From Akkermansia sp. (GTDB taxonomy: Bacteria > Verrucomicrobiota > Verrucomicrobiia > Verrucomicrobiales > Akkermansiaceae): a DNA stretch of 42,376 nucleotides. Under the pieces are notes generated by a model. The model was not told the origin of the DNA and made no database searches. It worked only from the letters and a program-made list of their open reading frames with translations. The position numbers were made by a program, and so were the translations under genes. Below, in pieces: positions 25,251 through 35,093 of the stretch (the stretch's first letter is position 1; the number at the start of each line of letters is the position of its first letter). The stretch lies in assembly GCA_045657815.1 (NCBI GenBank), contig JAZOTV010000082.1, positions 1 to 42,376 of the forward strand, given 5' to 3'.

Positions 25251-25790
25251 TTATTCCAGGCCTAGCTGCATGCGGGCTTCCTCAGTCATCATGCCCTGGT
25301 TCCACGGCGGATCCCAGACAAATTCGATATCCACACTTTTCACTCCCTCCAGCGCGGCAATCCCCATCTCGGCCTCAGCCATGATATGCGGGCCCATACC
25401 GCAACCGGGGGCAGTGAGGGTCATCTGCACGCTCACATGGCAGCCGTCCTCCTTCTGCGGAATGATTTCCACGCCGTATATGAGCCCCAGATTCACGATA
25501 TCAACCGGTATTTCCGGGTCATAGATATTGCCCAGCACCTTCCAGACTCGTTCTTCCAGCGTCAGGTTCTCATCACTCTCCTGCACTACCTGGGATTCAG
25601 CAATAATCCCGGCGCGGGCAGCCTCCTCGCGCGTTATGCGAACCAGACCTACATCCGTGGCGGCGGTAATGGAGTTACCCAGCATCTGTGTGACATAAAT
25701 ACGAGACCCCTCCGGTAACAATACTGCGTTACCAGCGGGGATCTGTATGGCTGCAGTCTCAGCCTCTGTGATTACTTCCTGATTCAACAT
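25251..25790 (-). CDS. sufT: Fe-S cluster assembly protein SufT (DUF59)
   Basis: IP.G...VTQMLGNSIT N-domain; IYDPEIPVDIVNLGLIY, MTLTAPGCGMG, WDPPW..MMTEEARMQLG. Confidence 0.93.
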   Translation of the reverse strand: MLNQEVITEAETAAIQIPAGNAVLLPEGSRIYVTQMLGNSITAATDVGLVRITREEAARAGIIAESQVVQESDENLTLEERVWKVLGNIYDPEIPVDIVNLGLIYGVEIIPQKEDGCHVSVQMTLTAPGCGMGPHIMAEAEMGIAALEGVKSVDIEFVWDPPWNQGMMTEEARMQLGLE

Positions 25791-25871
25791 ATCGCGCGGG
25801 AATTATGCCATAATCACCACGGACTGCAAGGATAATCTCTAGTGCTGACCCAATTTTACGGCTGCCGCTTT

Positions 25872-26204
25872 TCAGCGACGGCCTGGACGCGGAGCATTAT
25901 GCCCATGGCGCGGAACCCGGTGGGCGTGCGAAGCCGGGCGCGGAGGCCTGTGGGCGCTGTGGCGCAGATGCGGATGGGAATGCGGATGATGGCAATGCAC
26001 AGGCGGCGCAGGCGGGCAGCACGGCTGAACCACCACCGGCGCGGGCGGCACAACAACGGGAGCAGGATGCACTACAACAGGCGCAGGCACTACCGGAGCC
26101 CCGACAGAAACGTTCACGTGAACAGCAGCTTCAGCCTTCCCGGCGGCAGCTACGAAAACTACCACACAAGCGGCGGCAAACAGATTCTTCATCACTTTCT
26201 TCAT
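25872..26204 (-). CDS. Small secreted Pro/Val/His-rich protein
   Basis: Signal peptide (AEA), PAPVVV repeats, His/Arg-rich tail. Confidence 0.65.
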   Translation of the reverse strand: MKKVMKNLFAAACVVVFVAAAGKAEAAVHVNVSVGAPVVPAPVVVHPAPVVVPPAPVVVQPCCPPAPPVHCHHPHSHPHLRHSAHRPPRPASHAHRVPRHGHNAPRPGRR

Positions 26205-26293
26205 GGTAACAAAAATGGGTTATTGTACTGAAGAAGCGTGCGAGGAAAGGAGATTTATTTGAAAATTGCAAAAACTTTTTTTTATCCCTTTAA

Positions 26294-28141
26294 TCAGCGG
26301 CGCCGTAAGCGCGCAGTGAGCATCTGCAATTCAGGCACCCGGAACACCATGCAGGCAGCAGCATACACGCCAGCCCCCAGCACACCGGCTGCCGCCAGAG
26401 CACCAAAACGAGCCAGGAAATTCCAACTGGTGAATTCACCGAAACAGAAATACCCCAGAGCCCAGCAACAAGCGGCCAGCACAGCCCCGGCGGCAACAAT
26501 CCGCAGCACACCCGGCAACAGGATATGGCAGGCCATTCCCCCCAGCAGGTGGCGAATGTAGAGGAAGTAGAATACAAAGTTCAGAGTCGTGACAATGGAG
26601 GTAGTCAGCGCCAGATACATGGCCTGCAAATGGAACACGTGTACAAATGTGTAATTGCACCCCACGGATATGCAGAAGGCCACCAGCGCCAGGCCTGCAG
26701 GAGCCCAGGGCTTCTCCAGCGCCAGGAACACGGGCTGCAGCACCTTCATGCCGGCATACGCAAGCAAGCCCAGCGAATAAGCAGCCAGCACATCACCCGT
26801 GAACCGCGCCGCATCGGCATCGAATCTGCCGCGCTGGTAGAATACACTTACAATCTGCTCACCCCACAGGCTCAGGAAAATTGCCGCAGGTACGGCAAAC
26901 AGACACATGAACCGCAGCGCCTTGGCCAGGTGCTCAGAAATCTCTGCCCCGGCATTACCGCCAGCCAGAGTCATGCGCGACACAGTGGGCAGCACCACCA
27001 TACCAACAGCCACACCAAAGAGCGCTACCGGCAGCTGCCAGAGATGAAAGGCACTGGAGAGTGCCGTCACCGAACCGGGTTTCAGGTACAGAGCAAAGGC
27101 TGTGTTAATAAAGATATTCGTCTGGGTGATACCCGCAGCAATCATACCAGGGAGCATAAGCATCCACACCCGGCGCGTTGCTTCATCCGTAAAAACAAGT
27201 CTGCCACCGCTCCATTTCAAACCGATATCCCAGCGGGGGCGGAATCCCAGGCTGCGCAGTTTCGGATACTGAACCAGCACCTGCGCCGCACCACCACACA
27301 CCACTGCAATGGCGAAACCATAAAGAGCCTCCGGCCCGAAAGAGGGGTCTATGAACCAGCCAATCAACGCACCCACGGCCACAGTGGTCAGATTAAACGC
27401 AGCACTGGCCAGATTCGGCAGCCCGAAAATACCGAACACATTAAGAGCACCCATGCAGAGGGCCGAAACAGAAGCCAGCAGAATGAAAGGCCAGATGATA
27501 CGGCACAAGTCTGTGGCAAGCCCCATAAAACTGCGTGCTTCCAGGCGCGTGACACCAGCGGGAGCCTCACCGGCAGGAGCCGTGGTCAGCACCAGAGTCT
27601 GCCCATGCTCCAGTTTCTCCAGCAGAGATACCCGGATGCAGGATTCCTCTGTAAGGCCGCGAACTTGCTCATTTGCCGTGAACAAGGCTTCCTTCGTGCC
27701 GTCTACCGTGGTGCGGAATCCTCTGAAAGCAGCATCAGCGCACACCATGGAAGGAGCCCCCCAGGGGGTATGAATCACCACGCGGGCACGCTCCGGATAC
27801 AGCTGTTGCATAAACACGCCAGCCAGCAGAATACCAATGGAGACAATGCAGATCATGAGCGAAACCAGCTGGGAGCTCACGCGGTGAGCCAGCCCCCAGG
27901 CAGCACCAGCGCCCTGCTGCTTCTCCACCTTGCTCATGGTGCTGGTGAAACTCTGCGAAAGAGCCCCTTCCGCAAACATATCCCGCAGCATGTTCGGCAC
28001 CCGGAATGCCGTCAGGAATGCATCCAGCGCTCCCGTGGCACCAAACAACGAGGTGTACACAATCTCACGCAACAACCCGGTGAAGCGGCAGCAGAAAATC
28101 GCTGCGGTTGCAATGAGGCTTTTTTTCTGCATCGAAGCCAT
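26294..28141 (-). CDS. murJ: Lipid II flippase MurJ/MviN with a loop insertion
   Basis: R.TGLLRE, DAFLTAFRVPNMLRDMFAEGALSQSF, QLPVALFGVA, QRGRF, PVFLAL; 615 aa. Confidence 0.93.
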   Translation of the reverse strand: MASMQKKSLIATAAIFCCRFTGLLREIVYTSLFGATGALDAFLTAFRVPNMLRDMFAEGALSQSFTSTMSKVEKQQGAGAAWGLAHRVSSQLVSLMICIVSIGILLAGVFMQQLYPERARVVIHTPWGAPSMVCADAAFRGFRTTVDGTKEALFTANEQVRGLTEESCIRVSLLEKLEHGQTLVLTTAPAGEAPAGVTRLEARSFMGLATDLCRIIWPFILLASVSALCMGALNVFGIFGLPNLASAAFNLTTVAVGALIGWFIDPSFGPEALYGFAIAVVCGGAAQVLVQYPKLRSLGFRPRWDIGLKWSGGRLVFTDEATRRVWMLMLPGMIAAGITQTNIFINTAFALYLKPGSVTALSSAFHLWQLPVALFGVAVGMVVLPTVSRMTLAGGNAGAEISEHLAKALRFMCLFAVPAAIFLSLWGEQIVSVFYQRGRFDADAARFTGDVLAAYSLGLLAYAGMKVLQPVFLALEKPWAPAGLALVAFCISVGCNYTFVHVFHLQAMYLALTTSIVTTLNFVFYFLYIRHLLGGMACHILLPGVLRIVAAGAVLAACCWALGYFCFGEFTSWNFLARFGALAAAGVLGAGVYAAACMVFRVPELQMLTARLRRR

Positions 28142-28195
28142 GGCTCTTCAGTTTTTTTTGAGGGTGGAGAAGGATTTGCAGACCTCAGGCAGATA

Positions 28196-29833
28196 TCAGC
28201 GCACCTTTTCCGGAAGCTCCTCGCGGATTTTGCGAGCAAAAGCCTTGGCGGTTGTCTTATCGCCAAGCAGCAGGCAGGTGCGCGCCAGCTCCCGCATGGT
28301 TGTGCGGTAAAGCCCCTGCTCTGCCTGTTCCATACGCGCCTTATCTTCTTCGCTCATCTGGTCAATACTGCTCTGAATGGTGCGAAGTGTGCGGAAACAA
28401 GGTATGTCCTGATTAGCCTTGCGCTGGGCAAGTGCCAGATTCAGGCGGGCCCGCAGGGTCTTGCCGGTGGTCAGATCCGGGTTTTGCTCCTCCACCATAC
28501 GGGTGCATTCCTGTACCCATTTGAGAGCATTGGCGTAATCCTGCCTGGCAGTATAATAATCTGCCAGCTCATGGGCGGTGCGGGAGCGGAAATCAGAATC
28601 CTTCTTAACCAGTTCCGGGTTCTTCTGCATCATGTCCCAGCTGCGGGTCAGCAGCTGAATCTTCTCCTCGCCATCCGTATGAGTGGCCAGGTAGGTGAGC
28701 ACGCGCATAATCTCTGCCGGGTCTTTCTCAAAATCGAGCAGGTAACGATAATCGCGCACAGCGTCCTGGGTGTTGCCACGGGCCTCATTGGCGCGAGAGC
28801 GGATGCGGGCAATGCGGGTCTGAAGTTCCGGAGTCATCTGTCCATAGCCCTCGGCAAAGGCAGATGCCAGAGTAAGCGCCTGGGCGCATCCCTCGTGGTT
28901 CCCCAGGCGGTGGCGCAGCTCACCCAGCAGCAGATAACACTGCGGCAGCCTGCGTTCCTTATCCGGATAGGCCAGCATGGCCTCCAGGCAGCGCAACAGC
29001 TTCTCCTCAATCTCTCGCAGAGTATGCTGCGGCAGGTTCGGATTATCGCGCAGCGCAGTGGTCACCTCCTCAATCATGAGCTGAGATGTAGCCGGGCACA
29101 GTGGCCAGTTGGCCTGCTCCAGAATATTACGCGTCATCTGCAATACTGGTTCCTTCACCGCGCAGACATTGGCGCGCATCATCTGAAGCGCGGCGGCCTC
29201 AGCCGCCAGCTCAGGAGCGCGCAGCCGGGCCAGCACATTCGGGGCATCCAGGCGGGCAATCGCCTTCACCGCCTCGTCATTATTCTGCATGCGGATACAG
29301 GTTTCTGCAGAGCGGCGAATGGAGCGCAAAAGCAATTCCGTGTGCTCCGGGGAATGGACCAATTTGTCCTGCAATCCCTTATCCAGGCGAAGCTGCAATT
29401 CGTAATCACCATGCTCCGCTGCCGCCACAGCCAGGCGGTCCAGCCCCTCCACAGGAGCAAGCGACTCAACCTCCGGCAGAATGCGCATGGCTTCCTGCCA
29501 CTGGCCCTTGTCCACCAGGCGGCTCATCAGAAACCAGCGGAACTGGCGCTGCGTGTCAGCATTTGTAATCCACCCCAGCCGGGCGCGGGAATTTTCCGCC
29601 AACTCCAGCAGGCGTGATTTATCTCCGGATAAATCAGCAAGAAGGCGGGAAAGGTTGTTGTTAGCCTCCTCATTACTGGCCACCACGATGGTCTCCCCCT
29701 TGAAAAAGAGAATAATATCCTGTCCCTTGGCAAAGAGCCCCCAGAGCGCCAGTGCACCAAGAGTCAGGCCTGCGGCAATCAACGGCACAGTGTGGTTACT
29801 CTTCTTGCGAGGCGGACGATATCGGCGGTTCAT
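28196..29833 (-). CDS. Membrane-anchored TPR-like protein
   Basis: Basic N-terminus plus TM, helical repeats; same strand as the operon. Confidence 0.82.
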   Translation of the reverse strand: MNRRYRPPRKKSNHTVPLIAAGLTLGALALWGLFAKGQDIILFFKGETIVVASNEEANNNLSRLLADLSGDKSRLLELAENSRARLGWITNADTQRQFRWFLMSRLVDKGQWQEAMRILPEVESLAPVEGLDRLAVAAAEHGDYELQLRLDKGLQDKLVHSPEHTELLLRSIRRSAETCIRMQNNDEAVKAIARLDAPNVLARLRAPELAAEAAALQMMRANVCAVKEPVLQMTRNILEQANWPLCPATSQLMIEEVTTALRDNPNLPQHTLREIEEKLLRCLEAMLAYPDKERRLPQCYLLLGELRHRLGNHEGCAQALTLASAFAEGYGQMTPELQTRIARIRSRANEARGNTQDAVRDYRYLLDFEKDPAEIMRVLTYLATHTDGEEKIQLLTRSWDMMQKNPELVKKDSDFRSRTAHELADYYTARQDYANALKWVQECTRMVEEQNPDLTTGKTLRARLNLALAQRKANQDIPCFRTLRTIQSSIDQMSEEDKARMEQAEQGLYRTTMRELARTCLLLGDKTTAKAFARKIREELPEKVR

Positions 29834-29865
29834 AATTCTGAAAATAATTCAAAGGTTAACAAGAA

Positions 29866-31512
29866 TCAGGGCTGAGCCGGCTCAGGTTCAGCTGCAGGCG
29901 GGACAGCGGGAATAAGGGGTTTTATACGGCGGAGTTGATTGCGCACCTCTTCGCGGCGGTCGAACTGGTCCTCCACCATAGGCTGCACCTGCTGCCACAC
30001 GGAGTAGGCATCAGCCCAACGCTGCAATTCTGTGAGAGCATAGGCCCGGCCCAGCATGGCAGTCAGGCGGTTTTCCTGCTCCTCCGGCACATCGGCAGGA
30101 AGTTTCTCCATGGCTATGGCGTAAGCGGCCTCGGCCTCTGCAACTCTGCCCTGCTGATCATGAACCTGGCCAAGCAGCAGATTCACACGGCCTATGGAAG
30201 CGGAATCTCCCGCAGCACACTCCTGCTGCAGTTTCAGGCATTCTTCCAACAGAGGAAGCGCTTCCTGGATACGCCCCAGCTCCAGATAACAACGGGCTGC
30301 GCCCTCCAACGGCTGAATCTTCAGAAGCGCAGGTTGTGCACCTGCCAGCGCTGCATTGAAATCCAGCAGAGCGGTCTGGAAGTTCTGCGCCATGAAGTGC
30401 ATCCACCCGCGCTGATCATACAGGCACGGCCAGAAAGAGTTGCCACGCAACACCCGCCCCTCTGCCATGCCCTGAGTCCGGTGCAGCAGAGCAAGCGCCG
30501 TGACCTGGTGGCCACGCTGCTGCTCAATAACGGCAAGCTGGCGCAGCGCCAGAAGCCGGGTTGACACATCCGCCAAGCTGTTGCCAGGGTTATTTTCCGC
30601 CATGCGCAACATCGGTTCGGCAGCTGCCGCATCACCCAGAGCCAGTAAGGCAGTACCGCGGCTTACGGCACCCTCCGGGCGGACAGTGCGCAGGTTCTCT
30701 ACCTCTGCCAGCGCGGCGCGGAACTTTTCCTCAGCCTGGGCATCATCACCGGAAGCGCGATATAGCTCAGCCATGTGCACCAGGGCCATGGAACGCAGCT
30801 GGCAGGAGCCCTCGTCGGAACCAGCGAGCTGCTCCAGCAGCGTTTCGAACGCAGCCAGAGAGGTAGCAGCATCCCGCGGAGCACAGGCAGCCAGAGCAAT
30901 CAGCTGACCCATCGCTTCCAGGCGCCAGCCTTCCTGCTTGTTTTCGGCAAAATAGTCAGCAGCCAGCTTGTAAAAAGCAGCAGCCTCCGCGTATAACTGA
31001 GCATTGGTCAGCACATGCCCCGCCTGCAGCGCTCGGCAGGCCCACTCGATGCTGTGCGGCACCTGCTTGAAAAGCGGATTAAGAACATAAACCGCAGCCT
31101 CTGCCTTGCCACGCTCCAGCAGCGCATCTGCCAGGCACCACTCTGCCTCCTGCCGCACTTCCGGCTCCTGAATCCAGCCAAAGGCAGTCTGGGTGTCCAT
31201 GGCGGCCTTCTGCAGTTCCTCCTCCCCGGCAGAAGCCAGGCGCATGAAGTTGAGCACATTCTGCGAAGCCGCCTCGTTGAGCGACTTATGCACCATGCCG
31301 GAACAGGTAGCCTTGTTAAACCCGGCTGCCTCACCCTGTGAGCGACCTATGTAATAAGTTCCCAGAAAAAAGCCAAGCGAAGCAAGCCCGGCCAGACCAA
31401 GCCCACACCACTTCACCCAAGGGCGGAATTCGAGCGCCTCCTCCACCACGGACTGGGTGGAGGGTTCTGCGGTTTTCTCCTGTTCCATCACTACCGGTTC
31501 CGCATCAGGCAT
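29866..31512 (-). CDS. Membrane-anchored TPR protein
   Basis: TM plus TPR motifs (LLLGQVHDQQGRVAEAEAAY; ARCYLELGRIQEAL); overlaps the lysC stop by 8 nt. Confidence 0.85.
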   Translation of the reverse strand: MPDAEPVVMEQEKTAEPSTQSVVEEALEFRPWVKWCGLGLAGLASLGFFLGTYYIGRSQGEAAGFNKATCSGMVHKSLNEAASQNVLNFMRLASAGEEELQKAAMDTQTAFGWIQEPEVRQEAEWCLADALLERGKAEAAVYVLNPLFKQVPHSIEWACRALQAGHVLTNAQLYAEAAAFYKLAADYFAENKQEGWRLEAMGQLIALAACAPRDAATSLAAFETLLEQLAGSDEGSCQLRSMALVHMAELYRASGDDAQAEEKFRAALAEVENLRTVRPEGAVSRGTALLALGDAAAAEPMLRMAENNPGNSLADVSTRLLALRQLAVIEQQRGHQVTALALLHRTQGMAEGRVLRGNSFWPCLYDQRGWMHFMAQNFQTALLDFNAALAGAQPALLKIQPLEGAARCYLELGRIQEALPLLEECLKLQQECAAGDSASIGRVNLLLGQVHDQQGRVAEAEAAYAIAMEKLPADVPEEQENRLTAMLGRAYALTELQRWADAYSVWQQVQPMVEDQFDRREEVRNQLRRIKPLIPAVPPAAEPEPAQP

Positions 31513-32731
31513 TCACCTGGTCAAGATGGAAAGCGCTGTGTACCACACGGGCTGCCTGCTCAATGTCACCTGCCTCCACCGTGGTGGAAATACGGATTTC
31601 AGAGGTAGCAATCATACCCGTTGCAATACCGGCATCTGCCAGAGCCTGGAACATGGTGGCAGCCACGCCCGTATGAGAGCGCATGCCCACGCCCACCACA
31701 GAAAGCTTGGCAAGCCCGGCCTCTGTCTCCAGCCGAGCGGTTTCACCCAGCTTCGGCAGCACAGACTTAAGAGCTGCCTGGGCAGCACCCAGGTCATTCA
31801 TGTTCATGGTGAAGGACTGACGGGCCTGACCATCATGGGCAGTATTGGCCACAATCATGTCCACATTAATCTCTGCATCAGAAAGAGCGGAGAGAATAAC
31901 AGCCGTATAGGCCACAGGGGCGGTGATGCCCGAAACAGTGACACGGGCCTGGTTGCGTTCGATTGAGACCCCTCGCACGGCGAGGGACTCCATAGCGGAA
32001 GTTTCTTCTTGCACGATAGTACCGGGATTATTGTTCATGGAATTGCGGACTTCAAACACGACACCGAATTTCTTAGCGAATTCAACAGAGCGTGCCTGCA
32101 TGACCTTGGAACCGCTGGAGGCCATTTCCAGCATCTCTTCATAGGAAAGTACGGAAATCTTGCGCGCATCTTTCACCACGCGCGGATCACAGGTGTATAC
32201 ACCGTCCACATCGGTAAAAATCTGGCACAAATCAGCATTTACCGCAGCTGCCATGGCAATGGCAGAGAGGTCAGAACCGCCGCGCCCGAGGGTATGAATG
32301 GTGCCGTCCTCGGTCACACCCTGGAAACCAGCACACACCACAATGTAGTCATCTTCCAGCGCCTTCACCACGCGGGCGGGGTCAATGGAGTGAATACGGC
32401 CACGCGTGTGGGAGCCATAGGTGCACACACCGGCCTGCTGGCCGGTAAAGCTCATGGCTTTGTACCCCATTTCGGTGATTGCCATGCAAAGCAGCGCAAT
32501 GCTCTGCTGTTCACCCGTGGCCAGCAGCATATCCAGCTCACGCTCCGGCGGGTTATCCATTACCTGGTGAGCAAGGCCGATGAGGCTGTCTGTTACGCCG
32601 CTCATGGCAGAGATAACCGCCATGATTTTATTGCCCTCTTTCTTGACTTCGATAAGTCTGCGGGCTACATTGCGGATACGATCAATGGTGCCCACGGAGG
32701 AGCCACCGTATTTCTGTACTATGAGTGCCAT
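31505..32731 (-). CDS. lysC: Aspartate kinase
   Basis: MALIVQKYGGSSVG, SAMSGVTD, TLGRGGSDLSA, TDVDGVYTCDPR, two ACT domains. Confidence 0.97.
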   Translation of the reverse strand: MALIVQKYGGSSVGTIDRIRNVARRLIEVKKEGNKIMAVISAMSGVTDSLIGLAHQVMDNPPERELDMLLATGEQQSIALLCMAITEMGYKAMSFTGQQAGVCTYGSHTRGRIHSIDPARVVKALEDDYIVVCAGFQGVTEDGTIHTLGRGGSDLSAIAMAAAVNADLCQIFTDVDGVYTCDPRVVKDARKISVLSYEEMLEMASSGSKVMQARSVEFAKKFGVVFEVRNSMNNNPGTIVQEETSAMESLAVRGVSIERNQARVTVSGITAPVAYTAVILSALSDAEINVDMIVANTAHDGQARQSFTMNMNDLGAAQAALKSVLPKLGETARLETEAGLAKLSVVGVGMRSHTGVAATMFQALADAGIATGMIATSEIRISTTVEAGDIEQAARVVHSAFHLDQVNA

Positions 32732-32743
32732 GGTCGGTTGGTC

Positions 32744-34066
32744 TTATGAGTTGAAGGTTTCGATACGGAACACTGCCGGATGCGGAGCAATACACCCGCC
32801 GTCCACAATTTCCCGGAGGGCGGTCTTGAGCCTGCCCCACGGGCATGCGTGCAGGGTGAACACAAGATCATTCTCCACATTTTCGGATTCATCATCCTCA
32901 TGCGGCGTTGAATATGTGGAAGAAATGCTGATATCGTACTTAGCCAGCACCTGCGCGATGGAGGCGATGACGCCGGAGCGGCGGCTAGGCACCAGGAAAC
33001 GCACATAATACGGCGTCACCGTGTCCTCCTGCGGCATGATTTCCAGAGTCTTGGTGTACGGGTGGAATCCGGTGTGGAATTCCGGGTGGTGCAGATCTCG
33101 CATGGCCATTACAATATCACCTATGACAGCACTGGCCGTCGGGTTCTTGCCGGCACCGCGCCCGTAGAAAATAGTCTCGCCTACAATGTCACCCTTCACG
33201 GCAATGGCATTGAACACCCCATTCACATTGGCCAGCAGGTGCTCCCGCGGCACAAAGCTGGGCTGCACACGCAGTTCCAGCGCATCAGTCTCTGCGTGGT
33301 GTTTGATAACCACCAGCAACTTAATGGTGTAGCCCATCTGGTGCGCAAAGCGGAAATCCGATGCGGTCACGCGCTCAATACCATACACAGAGATGCGATC
33401 CGTCGAAATCGGAGTTCCATATGCAAGCATGGCCAGAATAAGCGCCTTATGGGCTGCATCCCAGCCGTTGATATCGAGCGTGGGGTCAGCCTCTGCAAAG
33501 CCCTTGGCCTGAGCACGGGAAAGCGCCGTTTCAAAAGAAACGCCCTTGCGCTCCATGGAGGAAAGAATGTAATTACTGGTGCCGTTGATAATTCCGGCAA
33601 TACTCTCCACATTATTGCAGATGAGAGAATTCTGCAAGCTCTGAATAATAGGGATACCACCGCCGCACGAAGCCTCGAAATACAGGGGCACTCCCTGCTG
33701 GGCAGAAAGCATGAAGAGCTCGCTGCCGTATTCAGCCAGCAAGGCCTTGTTACCCGTCACCACAGGCTTTCCAGCATTCAATGCGCTGGTTACCAGTTCA
33801 TAAGCCTCAGTTGTACCACCTATCAGCTCGATAATAATATCAATTTCAGGATCTGCCACCAGCTCCCGCCAGTCATTGGTCAGCATCTCAGCATCAATGA
33901 CAACATCGCGCACACGCGACATATCGCGCACGGCCACCTTCTTCACGGCGTAGCGCATCTGCGCGCGCGCCTCAAGCAATTCATGATTCCGGCACAGGGT
34001 CTCATAAACACCCGTACCCACGGTTCCAAGCCCTGCAAGGCCAAGCTGAAGCGGTTTTCCTGTCAT
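32744..34066 (-). CDS. hom: Homoserine dehydrogenase with ACT domain
   Basis: GLGTVGTG, ELIGG, VVTGNK, FEASCGGGIP, NGTSNYIL, GFAEADPTLD, GRGAGKNPTASAV; start reset to 34066. Confidence 0.97.
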   Translation of the reverse strand: MTGKPLQLGLAGLGTVGTGVYETLCRNHELLEARAQMRYAVKKVAVRDMSRVRDVVIDAEMLTNDWRELVADPEIDIIIELIGGTTEAYELVTSALNAGKPVVTGNKALLAEYGSELFMLSAQQGVPLYFEASCGGGIPIIQSLQNSLICNNVESIAGIINGTSNYILSSMERKGVSFETALSRAQAKGFAEADPTLDINGWDAAHKALILAMLAYGTPISTDRISVYGIERVTASDFRFAHQMGYTIKLLVVIKHHAETDALELRVQPSFVPREHLLANVNGVFNAIAVKGDIVGETIFYGRGAGKNPTASAVIGDIVMAMRDLHHPEFHTGFHPYTKTLEIMPQEDTVTPYYVRFLVPSRRSGVIASIAQVLAKYDISISSTYSTPHEDDESENVENDLVFTLHACPWGRLKTALREIVDGGCIAPHPAVFRIETFNS

Positions 34067-34134
34067 TTGCAGGCGCAATTCTACACGAATTTCCACCCGT
34101 GCACAAGTCAATATTCTGACCGCAACATATTTTT

Positions 34135-34171
34135 AAGCAAAGGAGCTGCCGGTGTTGATTCCGGCAGCTCC
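34135..34171 (-). terminator. Terminator after asd-ispA
   Basis: 11-bp stem GGAGCTGCCGG/CCGGCAGCTCC followed by TTTGCTT on the minus strand. Confidence 0.65.
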
Positions 34172-34194
34172 GCAATTAAAAATGGACCATTGCA

Positions 34195-35079
34195 TCAATA
34201 ATCCCGCTTGAGCAGGTAATCATTGATAGCGAGCAGATTCTCGCGGCGGCGGTCAGAGAACACATCCAGCGCAGCGCGGGCGGCAGCGGTGAGCTCACGA
34301 GCCTCCGCGCGGGCATTCTCAATACCCACCAGAGCAGGATAAGTAGCCTTCTGCACCTTGGCATCCTTGCCGATGCTCTTCCCAAGCACTTCCGGGGTGG
34401 AGGTCACATCCAGAATATCGTCAATAATCTGGAACGCAAGCCCCAGTGAGCGGCCATATTCCGTGAGGGCATCCAGCTGCTCCGGAGTGCAGCCGGCAGA
34501 CATGCCACCCAGGCGCACAGAGGCAATAATGAGGGCGGAAGTTTTGCCATGATGAATGGCGCGCAATTCCTCCACGGTCAGGTCACGCCCCTCCCCTTCC
34601 AGATCCAGCACCTGGCCACCCACCAGGTGGCGGCTGCCGGTGCGGTAGGCCATTTCGGCCACATAGTCCGCGGCATCGTAGCGCTCATTGGCCGGCACAC
34701 GTGCCAGCATGGCAAACACCTCTGTCAGCAGAGCATCACCAGCCAACACTGCAATTCCCTCGCCGAACACCTTGTGATTCGTGGGACGCCCGCGGCGCAG
34801 GTCATCATTATCCATGCAAGGCAGGTCATCATGAATAAGGGTGTACGTATGCAGCGCCTCCAGTGCGCAGGCGGCATCCAGCGCGGCTTCCTCAGAACCA
34901 CCACAAGCCTTAGCAGCCTCCAGGCACAGCAGCGGGCGAATGCGCTTACCGCCGGCAAAAATGCTGTAACGCATGGCCTTGTGAATAGTGCTCGGGGCAA
35001 TATCCTCGCCGGGCAGCAGCTCATTCAGACGAGCCTCAACCTTCGCCGCCGTTTCCTTGATGAGCGTCTTGATATCCAT
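34195..35079 (-). CDS. ispA: Short-chain polyprenyl diphosphate synthase (FPP/GGPP)
   Basis: GGKRIRP, IHDDLPCMDNDDLRRGRPT, GQVLD, KT, FQIIDDILD, GKD. Confidence 0.93.
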   Translation of the reverse strand: MDIKTLIKETAAKVEARLNELLPGEDIAPSTIHKAMRYSIFAGGKRIRPLLCLEAAKACGGSEEAALDAACALEALHTYTLIHDDLPCMDNDDLRRGRPTNHKVFGEGIAVLAGDALLTEVFAMLARVPANERYDAADYVAEMAYRTGSRHLVGGQVLDLEGEGRDLTVEELRAIHHGKTSALIIASVRLGGMSAGCTPEQLDALTEYGRSLGLAFQIIDDILDVTSTPEVLGKSIGKDAKVQKATYPALVGIENARAEARELTAAARAALDVFSDRRRENLLAINDYLLKRDY

Positions 35080-35093
35080 GACAAAAACGAGTG

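Noticed and set aside
27533-27793. Intein in MurJ
   Set aside because: No N-terminal Cys/Ser block and no C-terminal His-Asn followed by Cys/Ser/Thr; also shorter than typical mini-inteins.
26525-29617. 1030-aa + strand ORF
   Set aside because: Antisense shadow of murJ and a TPR gene. Composition is unlike a real protein, as expected from GC-rich codon bias.
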